From positions 101,619 to 165,618 of the forward strand of contig CAVTFF010000003.1 of the NCBI GenBank assembly GCA_963733985.1: a DNA stretch of 64,000 bases, written 5' to 3'. Source of the DNA: an uncultured beta proteobacterium (GTDB lineage: Bacteria; Pseudomonadota; Gammaproteobacteria; Burkholderiales; Casimicrobiaceae). Position numbers and translations under genes: made by a program. Of the stretch, positions 34,328 through 47,846 are shown piece after piece. A model generated the notes under the pieces. It searched no databases. It was not told the origin of the DNA and was given only the letters and a program-made list of their open reading frames with translations. Position 1 is the stretch's first letter, and every line of letters begins with the position of its first letter.

Positions 34328-35247
34328 ATGAGCGAATTCGGCAAAGTCGCGGTCCTGATGGGCGGGCCGAGCGCCGAGCGCGAGATCTCGTTCCTGTCCG
34401 GCAACGCGGTATTGAAGGCGCTGTCCGAGAAAGGCATCGACGCGCACGCGTTCGACCCGGCCAAGCGCGATCTGTGGGAACTGAAACGCGACGGCTTCGA
34501 TCGCGCGTTCATCGCGTTGCACGGACGCTTCGGCGAGGACGGCACCGTCCAGGGTGCGCTCGAGACGCTGAGGATCCGCTACACCGGCAGCGGCGTCATG
34601 GCTTCGGCGCTCGCGATGGACAAGTGGCGCACCAAGCTCGTCTGGCAGGCGGTGCGGGATCCCGACGCCGCGGTATCGCGTCGTGACCGCAGCGACCGAC
34701 TGGATGCGCGTGGTCGCCGAGCTCGGGTTGCCGTTGATCGTGAAGCCGGCGCGCGAAGGCTCGACGATCGGCATCACCAAGGTGACGAGCGTCGATCACG
34801 ACGAGCTCGCGGCTCGCATACGAGGTCGCAGCGAAGCACGACGATCTCGTGCTGGTCGAGGAGTTCGTCACCGGGACCGAGCTCACCGCGTCGATCCTCG
34901 GCGACGCGCGCTGCCGCTGATCCGCATCGAAGCGCCCGGCGGCAATTACGACTACCACAACAAGTACTTCTCCGACGAGACGAAGTACTACTGTCCCTGC
35001 GGCCTGCCGGAGGCGAAGGAGCGCGAGATCCGCGCCGCGTCGCTCGCGGCGTTCGACATCGTCGGCTGCAGCGGCTGGGGTCGGCTCGACCTAATCCTGC
35101 GCGCCGACGGCTCGTTCTCGTTCCTCGAGGTGAACACGTCACCCGGCATGACCGGCCATTCGCTGGTGCCGATGGCGGCGAAGGAGGCAGGGCATCGCGT
35201 TCGCCGACCTCTGCGTGGAAATTCTGCGGGGCGCGCATGTGGGATGA
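34328..35247 (+). CDS. ddl: D-alanine--D-alanine ligase (frame-disrupted)
   Basis: [68 protein letters not shown], and C-terminus ...[15 protein letters not shown]. About 4 frame changes. Confidence 0.88.
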
Positions 35248-35988
35248 CGCGAGACAGCTCAACGCCATCGCCGCGGGCCTTGCGCTGATGGCGACGTGCG
35301 CGCTCGCCTGGGGCGCACTCGCCTGGCTGCTGCGCCAGCCCGCATTCGAATTCCGCGAGGTCGTCGTCACTGGACGCGGATCGTCCGTGCGAGTCCGGCG
35401 CATCTCGAAGCGGTGATCCGCGGCGAGCTCGCGCGGCACTTTTTTCACGATGGACCTCGATCGCGCACGGGCCGCGCTCGCGCGCGTGCCCTGGGTGCGC
35501 CGCGTCGCACTGCGCCGGCAGTGGCCGCGCCGGCTCGAAGTGACGATCGAGGAGCACGTGCCGCTCGCCCGCTGGAACGACAACGCGCTCGTCGACGTGG
35601 ACGGCGAAGTATTCGGCGCCGACTACGACGGCGAGCTCCCGCAATTCGTCGGACCCGATGCGCACGCGCTCGATGTGGCCGCGCGGTACCGCGAATGGGG
35701 TGCGCTCCTCGCGCCGACTTCGCTCTCCGTTGATGAAGTAACGCTGTCGCCGCGCGGCGGGTGGCAGCTCGACGCGACCGGTCCGGCGGGAGCGTCTCGA
35801 AATCGAGCTCGGCCGCGACGAGCCTCGCCGAACGGCTCGCGCGCTTCGTCGATGCGTACGAGCGCACGGTCGGCGTGCTGCTGCGAACCGGCACCCGGAT
35901 CGACCACGTCGATCTGCGCTACCGCAACGGCTTCGCGGCGCGGGTGCCGGATTTCAGGGAACGCCCGGCACGGAAATCGGCCGCGTAA
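35237..35988 (+). CDS. ftsQ: cell division protein FtsQ (frame-disrupted)
   Basis: [30 protein letters not shown]-like [10 protein letters not shown]...[40 protein letters not shown], ...[14 protein letters not shown]. About 3 frame changes. Confidence 0.8.
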
Positions 35989-36019
35989 CGCGCAGAGGAC
36001 AACCGAGGATGGTGGACGG

Positions 36020-37255
36020 ATGGTGAAGGAAGCCAAGAACCTGATCGTCGGCCTCGACATCGGCACGTCGAAGATCGTCGCGATCGTCGCCGAGGTCACG
36101 CCCGAGGGCGGCCTCAACATCATCGGCCTCGGCACCCAGCCCTCGCGCGGGCTGCAAGACGGGCGTGGTCGTCAACATCGAAGCGACGATGGCGTCGATC
36201 CAGCGCGTGCTGGAAGAAGCCGAGCTGATGGCCGACTGCCGGATCACCGAGGTCTATACCGGCATCGCCGGCAGCCACATCCGCAGCCTCAACTCCAGCG
36301 GCATGGTCGCGATCAAGGAGAAGGAGGTCACGCAGGCCGACATCGACCGCGTCGTCGAGACGGCGAAGGCGATCGCGATCCCGAACGACCAGCAGATCCT
36401 GCACATCCTGCCGCAGGAATTCATCATCGACGGGCAGGAGGACGTGCGCGAGCCGCTCGGCATGAGCGGCGTGCGGCTCGAGGTGAAGGTGCACATCGTC
36501 ACCGGCGCCGTTTCGGCGGTCGAGAACATCATCAAGTGCGTGCGCCGCTGCGGCCTCGAGGTCAAGGACGTGATCCTGCAGCCGCTCGCCTCGGCGATCG
36601 CGGTGCTGAACGACGACGAGAAGGAGCTCGGCGTCTGCCTGATGGACATCGGCGGCGGCACCACCGACCTCGCCGTGTTCGCGAGCGGGGCGATCCGCCA
36701 CACCGCGGTGATCCCGATCGCCGGCGACCAGGTCACCAACGACATCGCGATGACGCTGCGCACGCCGACGAAGGAGGCCGAGGAGCTGAAGCTCCGGCAC
36801 GGCTGCGCGTTGCGCCAGCTCGCCGATCCGAAGGACATCATCGAGGTGCCGGGCGTGGGCGACCGACCTCCGCGCAAGCTTTCGCGGCAGACGCTCGCCG
36901 AAGTGATCGAGCCGCGGATCGAGGAGCTCTACACGCTGGTCCAGGCGGAGCTGCGGCGCTCGGGATTCGAGGAGCTCCTGTCGTCGGGGATCGTGCTCAC
37001 CGGCGGCTCGCGCGCTGCTCGCCGGGATGACCGAGCTCGGCGAGGAGGTCTTCCACCTGCCGGTGCGCATCGGCGTGCCGGCGTATGGCGGCGGACTCGC
37101 CGACGTCGTCCGCAGTCCGCGTTACGCGACGGCGGTCGGGCTGCTGCTGGAAGGACGGGACCAGTACCTGCGAGGCGCAGCAATCGCGCGCCCGCACCAC
37201 GGGCATCGGCGGCGTCGCCGAACGGATGAAGCAATGGTTCAAGGCGAACTTTTAG
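36020..37255 (+). CDS. ftsA: cell division protein FtsA (frame-disrupted)
   Basis: LIVGLDIGTSKIVAIV, DIGGGTTDLAVF, IPIAGDQVTNDIA, and C-terminal amphipathic ...ERMKQWFKANF with TAG at 37253-37255. Frame changes near 36155, 37010 and 37185. Confidence 0.9.
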
Positions 37256-37410
37256 CTAGACGTCACCGGGAATGCGTGCGGCGACGCCTGACCCGGAGCA
37301 AATATCGAGGACCGGAGATCGAGTGGGAATCAGGGAACAACAGTTGAAATACCAAAACGACAGCGGCATCGGAGCGAATCATGGCGAAACGGACAGGAAA
37401 GGAGCGCACC

Positions 37411-38590
37411 ATGTTTGAAATCATCGACGAGGCCCCGCAAGAGGGAGCGATCATCAAGGTCATCGGCATCGGCGGCTGCGGCGGCAACGCAGTCGAGCAC
37501 ATGATCGTCCGCGGCCTCTCCGGCGTGGAGTTCATCTGCGCCAACACGGACGCCCAGGCGCTGAAGCGCTCGACGGCGCCGGTGCAGCTGCAGCTCGGCA
37601 GCACGCTCACGCGCGGCCTTGGCGCCGGCGCGAAGCCGGAAATCGGCCGCGACGCCGCGAACGGAGGATCGCGATCGGATCATGGAGCTGATCGACGGCG
37701 CCGACATGCTGTTCATCACCGCCGGCATGGGCGGCGGAACCGGCACGGGCGCGGCGCCGGTGATCGCCGACATCGCGAAGAGCATGAGCATCCTGACGGT
37801 CGCCGTCGTCACGCGCCCGTTCGCGTTCGAGGGCAAGCGCCAACGCGTCGCGCAGACGGGGATCGAGGAGCTCGCGAAGAAAGTCGACTCGCTGATCATC
37901 ATCCCCAACGACAAGCTGATGCAGGTGCTGGGCGAGGACGTTTCGGTGCTCGACGCCTACGCGGCTGCCAACGACGTGCTGCACGGCGCGGTGTCGGGAA
38001 TCGCCGAAGTGATCAACAACGCCGGCCTCGTCAACGTCGATTTCGCCGACGTCCGCACCGTGATGGGCGAGGTCGGCATGGCGATGATGGGCTCGGCGAC
38101 GGCCAACGGCGCGGATCGCGCGCGCCTCGCCGCCGAAGCCGCCGTGAAGAGCCCGCTGCTCGAAGACGTGAACCTGCAGGGGGCGCGCGGCGTGCTGGTC
38201 AACATCACCGCGTCCGCGGGGCTCCGGATGCGGGAGTACCACGAGGTGATGAACACCATCAAGGAGTTCACCGCCGACGATGCGATGGTGATCGTCGGCA
38301 CCGTGATCGACGATGCGATGGAGGATCGGCTGCGCGTGACGATGGTCGCGACGGGCCTGGGCGGCGCGGCCGCGAAACAGCAGCGGGCACCCGCCATCTC
38401 GCTGGTCGAGCCGGCGCAGGTGCTGCAGCGTACGGGGACCGACAATGTCGGCGTGTCGGTCGAGAACATCAATTACGAGGATCTCGACCAGCCGGCGGTC
38501 GTTCGCCGCGGCAGGACGCCCCCCGCGGGCGCGGCGCCGGCTTTCGACGCAACCGAGATCCCGGCCTTTCTGCGCAAGCAGGCCGACTAA
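37411..38590 (+). CDS. ftsZ: cell division GTPase FtsZ (one frame disruption)
   Basis: [14 protein letters not shown], tubulin signature [22 protein letters not shown], and C-terminal peptide ...[10 protein letters not shown]. An extra G in AACGGAGGAT (about 37655) breaks the frame. Confidence 0.93.
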
Positions 38591-38750
38591 AGCGAGCCGG
38601 GCGAAGTCGCGTGGCTGAGCCGAGGCACGAGAACGCTCGAGCGAGCAGGGCGAAGCCAAGGCCCGAAGGGCGCGTCTGCGAGCGCGGGTGGCGGGCCGAC
38701 CCGGAAGCGCAGCGAGCATGCGCGAATCGTGCGGAGGCCGCGCATCGCCG
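38591..38750 (+). repeat. GC-rich stop-codon-abutting repeat (family B copy) after ftsZ
   Basis: Starts right after the ftsZ TAA with AGCGAGCCGGGCGAAG. Core 38641..38694 is GCGAGCAGGGCGAAGCCAAGGCCCGAAGGGCGCGTCTGCGAGCGCGGGTGGCGG. GCGGAGGCCGCG lies at 38731..38742 inside the dyad ATGCGCG...CGCGCAT. Confidence 0.75.
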
Positions 38751-38862
38751 AGGGATGAAAACGCGGCGATTTATCGCTGCGGCTCGCGATCGGTGGCGAA
38801 ATGTGATATCATTTAAAAGGTAAGTCATTGAACCGCGAGGCAATTTCAACGTGGCTGCGGCG

Positions 38863-39777
38863 ATGCTGAAGCAACGGACGCTCAAAACGACAATCAAGAC
38901 GACCGGCGTCGGCTTGCATACCGGCGCGCGCGTCGATCTCGTGATGCGCCCCGCCGGAGTCGACACCGGAATCGTGTTTCACCGGGTCGATCTTGCCCAC
39001 CCGGTCACGATGCCCGCGGACGCGCTGCACGTCGGCGACACCCGCCTGTCCTCGGCCCTCAGTGGAGATGGCGCGTCGATCTCGACGGTCGAGCATCTGA
39101 TGTCGGCGCTCGCCGGTCTCGGCATCGACAACCTGCATGTCGACGTTTCCGGGCCCGAGATCCCGATCATGGACGGGAGCGCCGGACCTTTCGTCTACCT
39201 GCTCCAGTCGGCGGGCATCGTCGAGCAGGACGCGCCGAAGCGCTTCATGCGCATTCTCGCCCCGGTCGAGGCGAGGGACGGCGACAAATGGGCGCGATTC
39301 GACCCGTTCAACGGGCTGAAGCTCGATTTCACGATCGATTTTCCGCATCCGATGTTCGGATCGGAGAACCGGCAGGTCGTCATCGATTTCGCGCTGCACT
39401 CGTATGTCAAGGAGGTTGCGCGGGCGCGGACGTTCGGATTCATGCAGGACGTCGAGGCGCTCCGTGCCGCCGGCCTGATTCAGGGCGGGAGCCTGCAGAA
39501 CGCGGTCGTCCTGGATGACTTCCGGGTCCTGAACACCGAGGGTCTGCGCTACGACAACGAGTTCGTCAAACACAAGGTGCTCGACGCGATCGGCGACCTC
39601 TACCTCCTCGGACATCCGCTGATCGGCCAGTACACCGCGTTCAAGTCCGGCCATGGACTCAATAACGCCCTGGCTCGAGCGCTTCTCGCCCGCACGGACG
39701 CCTTCGAGCTCGTGACCTTCGCCGAGGAGCGCGACGTGCCAACCGCATTCCAGGATTGGCAGCTGTCGGCGGCGTGA
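38863..39777 (+). CDS. lpxC: UDP-3-O-acyl-N-acetylglucosamine deacetylase
   Basis: Intact. [60 protein letters not shown]. An in-frame GTG at 38851 is an alternative start. Confidence 0.92.
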   Translation: MLKQRTLKTTIKTTGVGLHTGARVDLVMRPAGVDTGIVFHRVDLAHPVTMPADALHVGDTRLSSALSGDGASISTVEHLMSALAGLGIDNLHVDVSGPEIPIMDGSAGPFVYLLQSAGIVEQDAPKRFMRILAPVEARDGDKWARFDPFNGLKLDFTIDFPHPMFGSENRQVVIDFALHSYVKEVARARTFGFMQDVEALRAAGLIQGGSLQNAVVLDDFRVLNTEGLRYDNEFVKHKVLDAIGDLYLLGHPLIGQYTAFKSGHGLNNALARALLARTDAFELVTFAEERDVPTAFQDWQLSAA

Positions 39778-39885
39778 GCAAGCGGGGCGTCGTCAGCCGA
39801 TAGCGTTGCACGACGGCAGGCGGTCGCGGGCGAACCCGATACTCTCGACCGTCGGCACCCAACCGCAGCTTGCGGCTCCCGACCC

Positions 39886-40074
39886 GTGATCCTCGTTCGC
39901 TCGCTGCTCTTTCTCGCGCTCGCGGCGATCGGAGTCGCGGGACTCCTGTACCTGTATTCAAGGAACCGCCGCTACCTCCGATTCATCGGGCAGGCGATCA
40001 AGTTCACGCTTGTCCTCCTCGTCGTGGTGCTGCTGTTCTTCGCGTTCGATAGACTGGTCAGGCCGTTCCACTAG
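39886..40074 (+). CDS. small two-TM membrane protein, hypothetical
   Basis: 62 aa with a GTG start, two hydrophobic spans (SLLFLALAAIGVAGLLYLY and FTLVLLVVVLLFFAF), and high GC3. Confidence 0.45.
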   Translation: MILVRSLLFLALAAIGVAGLLYLYSRNRRYLRFIGQAIKFTLVLLVVVLLFFAFDRLVRPFH

Positions 40075-40095
40075 ACCGGGGGACGCGGCTGGTGG

Positions 40096-40530
40096 TCAGC
40101 CGGCGCGCCGGACAAACCGCGCCAGCGCCGCTTTGAGCGGGCCGTTCGGCAACGCGCGCGCAAGGCGCGCCAGCGGCTGAAAACACGACCTATCTATCTG
40201 TTTTGTATTAGTTTTCTGCGTCGGCTCCGGGAGGGCACGAACTTGCACGCGCACCCGGATTACGCTAAATTGACAGCCCTCGCGCTGTAATGCCGCAATG
40301 AGGTCGGGGCTGCGCTGCTTGACCACCGCAGCAATCGCGCCGGCTTCGGCCGCCAGCACCAGTTCGGCGCCCTGGACGTCGGTAACGTGGACGCGCTCGG
40401 CGAGCGGGCGGGGCAGGTGCCGACGGACAATGCCGGTAAGCGTTTCCTCGCGCTGGCGGCGGGCGTTCCACGGCCCCAGCAGCGGGTCAGTGGTGAGAAT
40501 GCGCTGCAGCGATTGCGGTGTACGCGGCAT
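40096..40530 (-). CDS. DUF721/DciA-like protein
   Basis: 144 aa from Met 40530: MPRTPQSLQRILTTDPLLG...VHVTDVQGAELVLAAEAGAIAAVVKQRSPDLIAALQREG.... This fits my memory of the conserved DUF721 gene placed between lpxC and secA in betaproteobacteria. The family assignment is unverified. Confidence 0.55.
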   Translation of the reverse strand: MPRTPQSLQRILTTDPLLGPWNARRQREETLTGIVRRHLPRPLAERVHVTDVQGAELVLAAEAGAIAAVVKQRSPDLIAALQREGCQFSVIRVRVQVRALPEPTQKTNTKQIDRSCFQPLARLARALPNGPLKAALARFVRRAG

Positions 40531-40596
40531 GGCGGAAAGGGCGGCCGGGCGATGCCTCCGGCGGCTCGCCGAACGAAGCGCTAGGGGAGGATCCGA

Positions 40597-41523
40597 TTGA
40601 ACATCATTCTGCTCTCCAGCGCCACAGCGCGTGCCCGAACCTTGACGCTCGACTGGCGGCACTGGACCGTGGGCGGCTTCGGCCTGCTGGCACTGTTCAT
40701 CGCCTTCACTCTGCTCTTCAACTTCGTCACGCTCAAATATGCGGCCGCCACCCAGAACCCCTGGCTGCAGGCGATCGTTCTCGCCGACCAGCGGGAAGAA
40801 GCCAAGAAAACGCAGCAAATCGTCGAGGGCCACCTGAACGCGATGGCGTTGCGCCTGGGCGATCTGCAGGCGCAAATGTTGCGGCTCGACGGTCTCGGCG
40901 AGCGTCTCGCCCGGATCGCGGGATTGAAGCCGCAAGAGCTGCCGTCGCTGCAACCCGGCGTGGTTCCGGGCCGCGGCGGTGCGGAATCGTCGCTGCCGTC
41001 GCACCAACTGTCGGTGCAGGAGTTCTCCGAGCTGTTAGCGAAGCTCGCACGGCAGGTCGACGAGCGCTCCGACCAGCTTGGCGTGCTCGAAGCGCTGCTT
41101 GTCCAAGACTCGGCAAACCGCAAGTTCCTGCCGACGCTCGCACCCGTCGTCGACGGCTGGTTCTCATCCAATTTCGGTTATCGGATCGATCCGTTCACCG
41201 GCCTGCAGTCGTTCCACGAGGGGATCGACTTTCCGACTCTCACCGGCACGGCGATCGTCGCCGCGGCGAGCGGCAAGGTCGTCTATGCGGGCTGGCACCC
41301 GCAGTATGGTAAACTCGTCGAAATCGACCATGGCAACGGGTTGGTTTCGCGCTACGCCCACGCGTCGCAGGTGTTCGTGCGCGAAGGTGACCTCGTGGTG
41401 CGCGGCCAGCGCGTCGCAGCGGTGGGATCGACCGGCCGCTCGACCGGCCCGCATCTGCATTTCGAGGTTCGGCTGAACGGCGTGCCGCAGAATCCGGCGC
41501 GCTTCCTGCAATCCTCCAATTAG
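40597..41523 (+). CDS. M23-family metallopeptidase (EnvC/NlpD-like, coiled-coil N-terminus)
   Basis: Intact, 308 aa, TTG start after GGGGAGGA. TM segment, then the LytM domain: GYRIDPFTGLQSFHEGIDF, LVEIDHGNGLVSRYAH, GSTGRSTGPHLHFEV. Confidence 0.85.
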   Translation: MNIILLSSATARARTLTLDWRHWTVGGFGLLALFIAFTLLFNFVTLKYAAATQNPWLQAIVLADQREEAKKTQQIVEGHLNAMALRLGDLQAQMLRLDGLGERLARIAGLKPQELPSLQPGVVPGRGGAESSLPSHQLSVQEFSELLAKLARQVDERSDQLGVLEALLVQDSANRKFLPTLAPVVDGWFSSNFGYRIDPFTGLQSFHEGIDFPTLTGTAIVAAASGKVVYAGWHPQYGKLVEIDHGNGLVSRYAHASQVFVREGDLVVRGQRVAAVGSTGRSTGPHLHFEVRLNGVPQNPARFLQSSN

Positions 41524-41564
41524 AGTTCCGGCGCCCCGCGCGTCGGATACCGCGGACGGAAATG

Positions 41565-41596
41565 AGGGGTGAGGCGGTCCTCACCCCTTGTTTTTT
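41565..41596 (+). terminator. rho-independent terminator after the M23 peptidase gene
   Basis: Stem AGGGGTGAGG / CCTCACCCCT with a 4-nt loop, followed by TGTTTTTT. Confidence 0.8.
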
Positions 41597-41623
41597 CCGT
41601 CGCTGGCGATAACTACACCCCAC

Positions 41624-44350
<2,727 letters not shown>

Positions 44351-44549
44351 CTCGTGGCGCCGTAAACCATCATTACGCGAAGTGAGTGCGCGGCGTCCGT
44401 CGCGCCCAATGAAGACGGCGTCCGCAAAGGCATGGGACGCAGCTTATTGCGCGCGCCGGCTCGCATTCGCCGGGTCTTGCCGCGCAGTACCGAAGGTCGC
44501 AGGCGAAACGTACGTTAGAATCGCTGCGACCTATCTCTCCTGCTATCCG

Positions 44550-45779
44550 ATGCCGGTTCGATACACGCCGCCGCGCCCCGAGGATCTGTTGCCCGTTCCC
44601 GGTGTCACGCTCGGTACCGCGGCCGCCAAAATCAAGAATTGGACGCGCGACGACGTGCTGCTTGTTGCGTTCGACGAGGGCACGGTCGCCGCGGGCGTGT
44701 TCACGCAGAACCGGTTCTGCGCGGCACCGGTGACGGTTTGCCGCCGGCATCTCGCGGACCTCGGCTCGCGTCCGCGCGTTCGTCGTGAATGCCGGCAATG
44801 CGAATGCGGGGACCGGCGAGCAAGGGCTGGCCGACGCCGAAGCAACGTGTGCGGGTGTGGCTTCGCTGCTGGGCTGCGCCGCGCACGACGTGCTGCCGTT
44901 CTCGACGGGCGTGATCATGGAGCCGCTGCCGGTTGCGAAGATCATCGTTGCGTTACCGGCGGCGAAGGCGGCGCTCGCGCAAGATCACTGGTTCGCTGCG
45001 GTCTCGTCGATCATGACGACCGATACGGTGCCGAAGGGTGCTTCGCGACGGGCGGCGGTGGGCGGCGTTCCCGTTACCGTTACCGGAATCGCGAAGGGCG
45101 CCGGCATGATCCACCCGGACATGGCGACGATGCTCGCGTTCGTTGCCACCGACGCGCCGATCGCCGCCGATTTGCTCGAGACCCTCACCCGCGAAATCGC
45201 CGACGCATCGTTCAACCGCGCCACCGTCGATGGCGACACGTCCACCAACGATAGCTTTGTCATTGCCGCGACAGGCACGGCGGCGCTCGCCCCGATCGTG
45301 CGCGCCGACGATGCGCGCCTTGGACCGATCCGTGCCGCGCTCACCGATGTCGCGACCGAGCTCGCCCAGGCGATCGTCCGCGATGGCGAAGGCGCGACCA
45401 AGTTCATCACGATCGCGGTCGAGGGGGGCGTGACGCCGTCGAATGCCGGACGATCGCGCTTCGCATCGCCCATTCGCCGCTGGTGAAGACGGCATTCTTC
45501 GCGTCGGATCCGAATCTCGGCCGGATCGTCTGCGCGATCGGCAACGCCGCGCCGGCCGATCTCGATTCGGCGCGGGTCTCATTCTGGCTCGACGACGTGC
45601 TCGTCGTCGACCATGGCGGTCGCGCGCCGTCGTATCGCGAGGAGGACGGAGCGCGCGTGATGAAAGCCGACGAGATCGCGGTACGCGTCGACCTGGGACG
45701 CGGCGCCGCTCGCGCGACTGTCTGGACGTGCGATTTTTCGCATGATTACGTGAGCATCAACGCGGACTATCGGAGCTAG
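44550..45779 (+). CDS. argJ: bifunctional glutamate N-acetyltransferase / amino-acid acetyltransferase ArgJ (frame-disrupted)
   Basis: [21 protein letters not shown], autoprocessing region [28 protein letters not shown], and C-terminus [11 protein letters not shown]. Frame changes near 44770 and 45440. Confidence 0.9.
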
Positions 45780-45780
45780 T

Positions 45781-45928
45781 ATGAAACGGCCCCCACGCTC
45801 GCTTTGTGCGGCTGCGCCGCATCCCGCTTCGCGGGACCAGCCTCCAGCTGTCCTGCGGCCTTCGGCCTTGTGCTCGCTGCCCCCGGAGGGGGCGCGTCAG
45901 TCCCTTGGGACGGCCCGGCGGGACTGAC
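45781..45928 (+). repeat. structured intergenic repeat, family A copy 2 (argJ stop to next ATG)
   Basis: 5' module ATGAAACGGCCCCCACGCTC; about 67 nt of extra internal sequence; hairpin GCCCCC-GGA-GGGGGC (45879-45893); stem GTCAGTCCC (45896-45904) / GGGACTGAC (45920-45928) abutting ATG 45929. Confidence 0.75.
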
Positions 45929-46831
45929 ATGCTTTCGGTTGCCGACCTGACCGCGCTCCTCGCGCGCCTCGAACGAATCCTCGAGCGCGTCGAAGCCGTG
46001 CTGCCGCCCGCGCCACCGGCGCCCGACTGGAATGCGCACGCGTTCCGCTGGCGCAAGCGCGCCGGGCGCGGCTATCTGCAGGCGGTTGCGCACCCGCACG
46101 CGATCCGGCTCTCCGACCTCGTTGCGATCGATGCCCAGAAACATGCAATCGACGCCAACACGCGTCAGTTCGTCGCCGGTTTGCCGGCGAACAACGTCCT
46201 CTTGACCGGCTCGCGGGGCACAGGCAAGTCCTCGCTCGTCAAGGCGATGCTCGTCAAGTACGCGGCAAAGGGGCTGCGTCTCATCGAAGTGGACAAGGCC
46301 GATATGGTCGACCTGCCGGACATCGCCGAGCAGGTTGCGCACCGACGCGAGCGCTTCATCATCTTCTGCGACGACCTCACGTTCGACTCGGGAGAGCCGG
46401 GATACAAGGCGCTCAAGGTGATGCTCGACGGCACGGTCGCCGCGGCGTCGCCGAACATGCTGATCTACGCGACGTCGAACCGCCGGCATCTGCTCCCGGA
46501 ATACATGAGCGAGAATCTCGAAACCCGGCACATCGGCGAGGAAGTGCATCCCGGCGAGTCGGTCGAGGAGAAGATCTCGCTGTCCGAGCGCTTCGGGCTC
46601 TGGATCTCGTTCTATCCGTTCAGCCAGGACGACTATCTTGCGGCGGTGGCGAGCTGGCTCGACGTGTTCGGCGTCGGTGCGGCGAAGTCCAAGGGCGACG
46701 CGACCGCACGCACTCGCGATGCGCTCCAATTCGCCTTGCAGCGCGGTTCGCGCAGCGGTCGCATCGCCTGGCAGTTCGCGAAGAGCTACGCCGGCGCGGC
46801 GGCGCTGAGACGCAGGTTGCCCGCGGCGTGA
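45929..46831 (+). CDS. DUF815-type P-loop ATPase, hypothetical
   Basis: Intact from Met 45929. Walker A LLTGSRGTGKSSLVKA, Walker B-like RFIIFCDDLTF. The family name is from memory. Confidence 0.65.
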   Translation: MLSVADLTALLARLERILERVEAVLPPAPPAPDWNAHAFRWRKRAGRGYLQAVAHPHAIRLSDLVAIDAQKHAIDANTRQFVAGLPANNVLLTGSRGTGKSSLVKAMLVKYAAKGLRLIEVDKADMVDLPDIAEQVAHRRERFIIFCDDLTFDSGEPGYKALKVMLDGTVAAASPNMLIYATSNRRHLLPEYMSENLETRHIGEEVHPGESVEEKISLSERFGLWISFYPFSQDDYLAAVASWLDVFGVGAAKSKGDATARTRDALQFALQRGSRSGRIAWQFAKSYAGAAALRRRLPAA

Positions 46832-47769
46832 CGGAGCCCATCGTTGACGTGGCGGCGGCCGTCATCACGCGACCGGACGGACAGGTGCTTCTCGCGCAAC
46901 GCCCTTCCGGCAAGGCCTACGCAGGCTACTGGGAATTCCCAGGCGGAAAGCTCGAACCCGGCGAAACGCCGCGCCACGCGCTCGACCGCGAGCTCGCCGA
47001 AGAGCTCGGGCTCACCGTGCGTCGCGCGGCGCCGTGGCTCACGCAGCGTTTCGTCTATCCGCACGCACACGTCGAGCTTCATTTCTTCCGCGTTTTCGAC
47101 TGGATCGGCGAGCCGGTCGGCCATGACGGACAGGCCTTCGTGTGGCAGACGCCGGGACGATTCACCGTCGCTCCGCTTCTTCCCGCCAACGCGCGCGTGC
47201 TGCGCGCGCTCGTACTGCCGGACGTTTGCGGCATCACGATGGCATCGGACCTGGGTGAAGCAGTGTTTCTCGAGCGCGCACGAATTGCGTTCGAACGTGG
47301 CCTAAGGCTTGTCGAGTTTCGCGAAAAGGAATGGCCCGAAGCTCGCCAGCATGCGCTGTGCGCCTCGCTGCTCGCTCTCGCCCGTCCGCATGGCGTGTCG
47401 GTATTGCTGAACGGAAGCGAGGAACGCGCGCGTGAATGGGGATGCGCGGGCGTGCATTGGGCGTCCGCCGCACTTGCCGCGGCTCATGCGCGCCCCGCGT
47501 CCCTGATGTGCGGGGCGTCGTGTCATACGCGCGAGGACATCGCGAGAGCCGGTGCGCTAATGCTCGATTTCGCGCTGCTGGGCCCCGTGCGGGCTACGCC
47601 GACCCATCCCGGCGCGGCGACGCTCGGGTGGGAAGGCTTTGCTGCGGTGGCAGCAGGCGCCGCGCTGCCGGTGTTCGCGCTGGGCGGCCTCACGAGCGCC
47701 GATCTCGACGTCGCAATTGCGCAGGGCGCGCATGGCGTCGCGCTGAGGCGCGCCGCGTGGAATGCCTGA
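46828..47769 (+). CDS. Nudix hydrolase (MutT-like) fused to a thiamine-phosphate-synthase-like (ThiE-fold) domain
   Basis: Intact, 313 aa. The GTG overlaps the upstream stop. Nudix box GYWEFPGGKLEPGETPRHALDRELAEELGL. C-terminal half: ...GASCHTREDIARAGALMLDFALLGPV...PVFALGGL.... Confidence 0.8.
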   Translation: MTEPIVDVAAAVITRPDGQVLLAQRPSGKAYAGYWEFPGGKLEPGETPRHALDRELAEELGLTVRRAAPWLTQRFVYPHAHVELHFFRVFDWIGEPVGHDGQAFVWQTPGRFTVAPLLPANARVLRALVLPDVCGITMASDLGEAVFLERARIAFERGLRLVEFREKEWPEARQHALCASLLALARPHGVSVLLNGSEERAREWGCAGVHWASAALAAAHARPASLMCGASCHTREDIARAGALMLDFALLGPVRATPTHPGAATLGWEGFAAVAAGAALPVFALGGLTSADLDVAIAQGAHGVALRRAAWNA

Positions 47770-47846
47770 TGGGAGTTGTCGGCAGGTGCCGGGCCGGAAG
47801 CTCTTGCTGCGCACACTGCCGGCAAAGGAGGCGGAGATCCGCGGAT

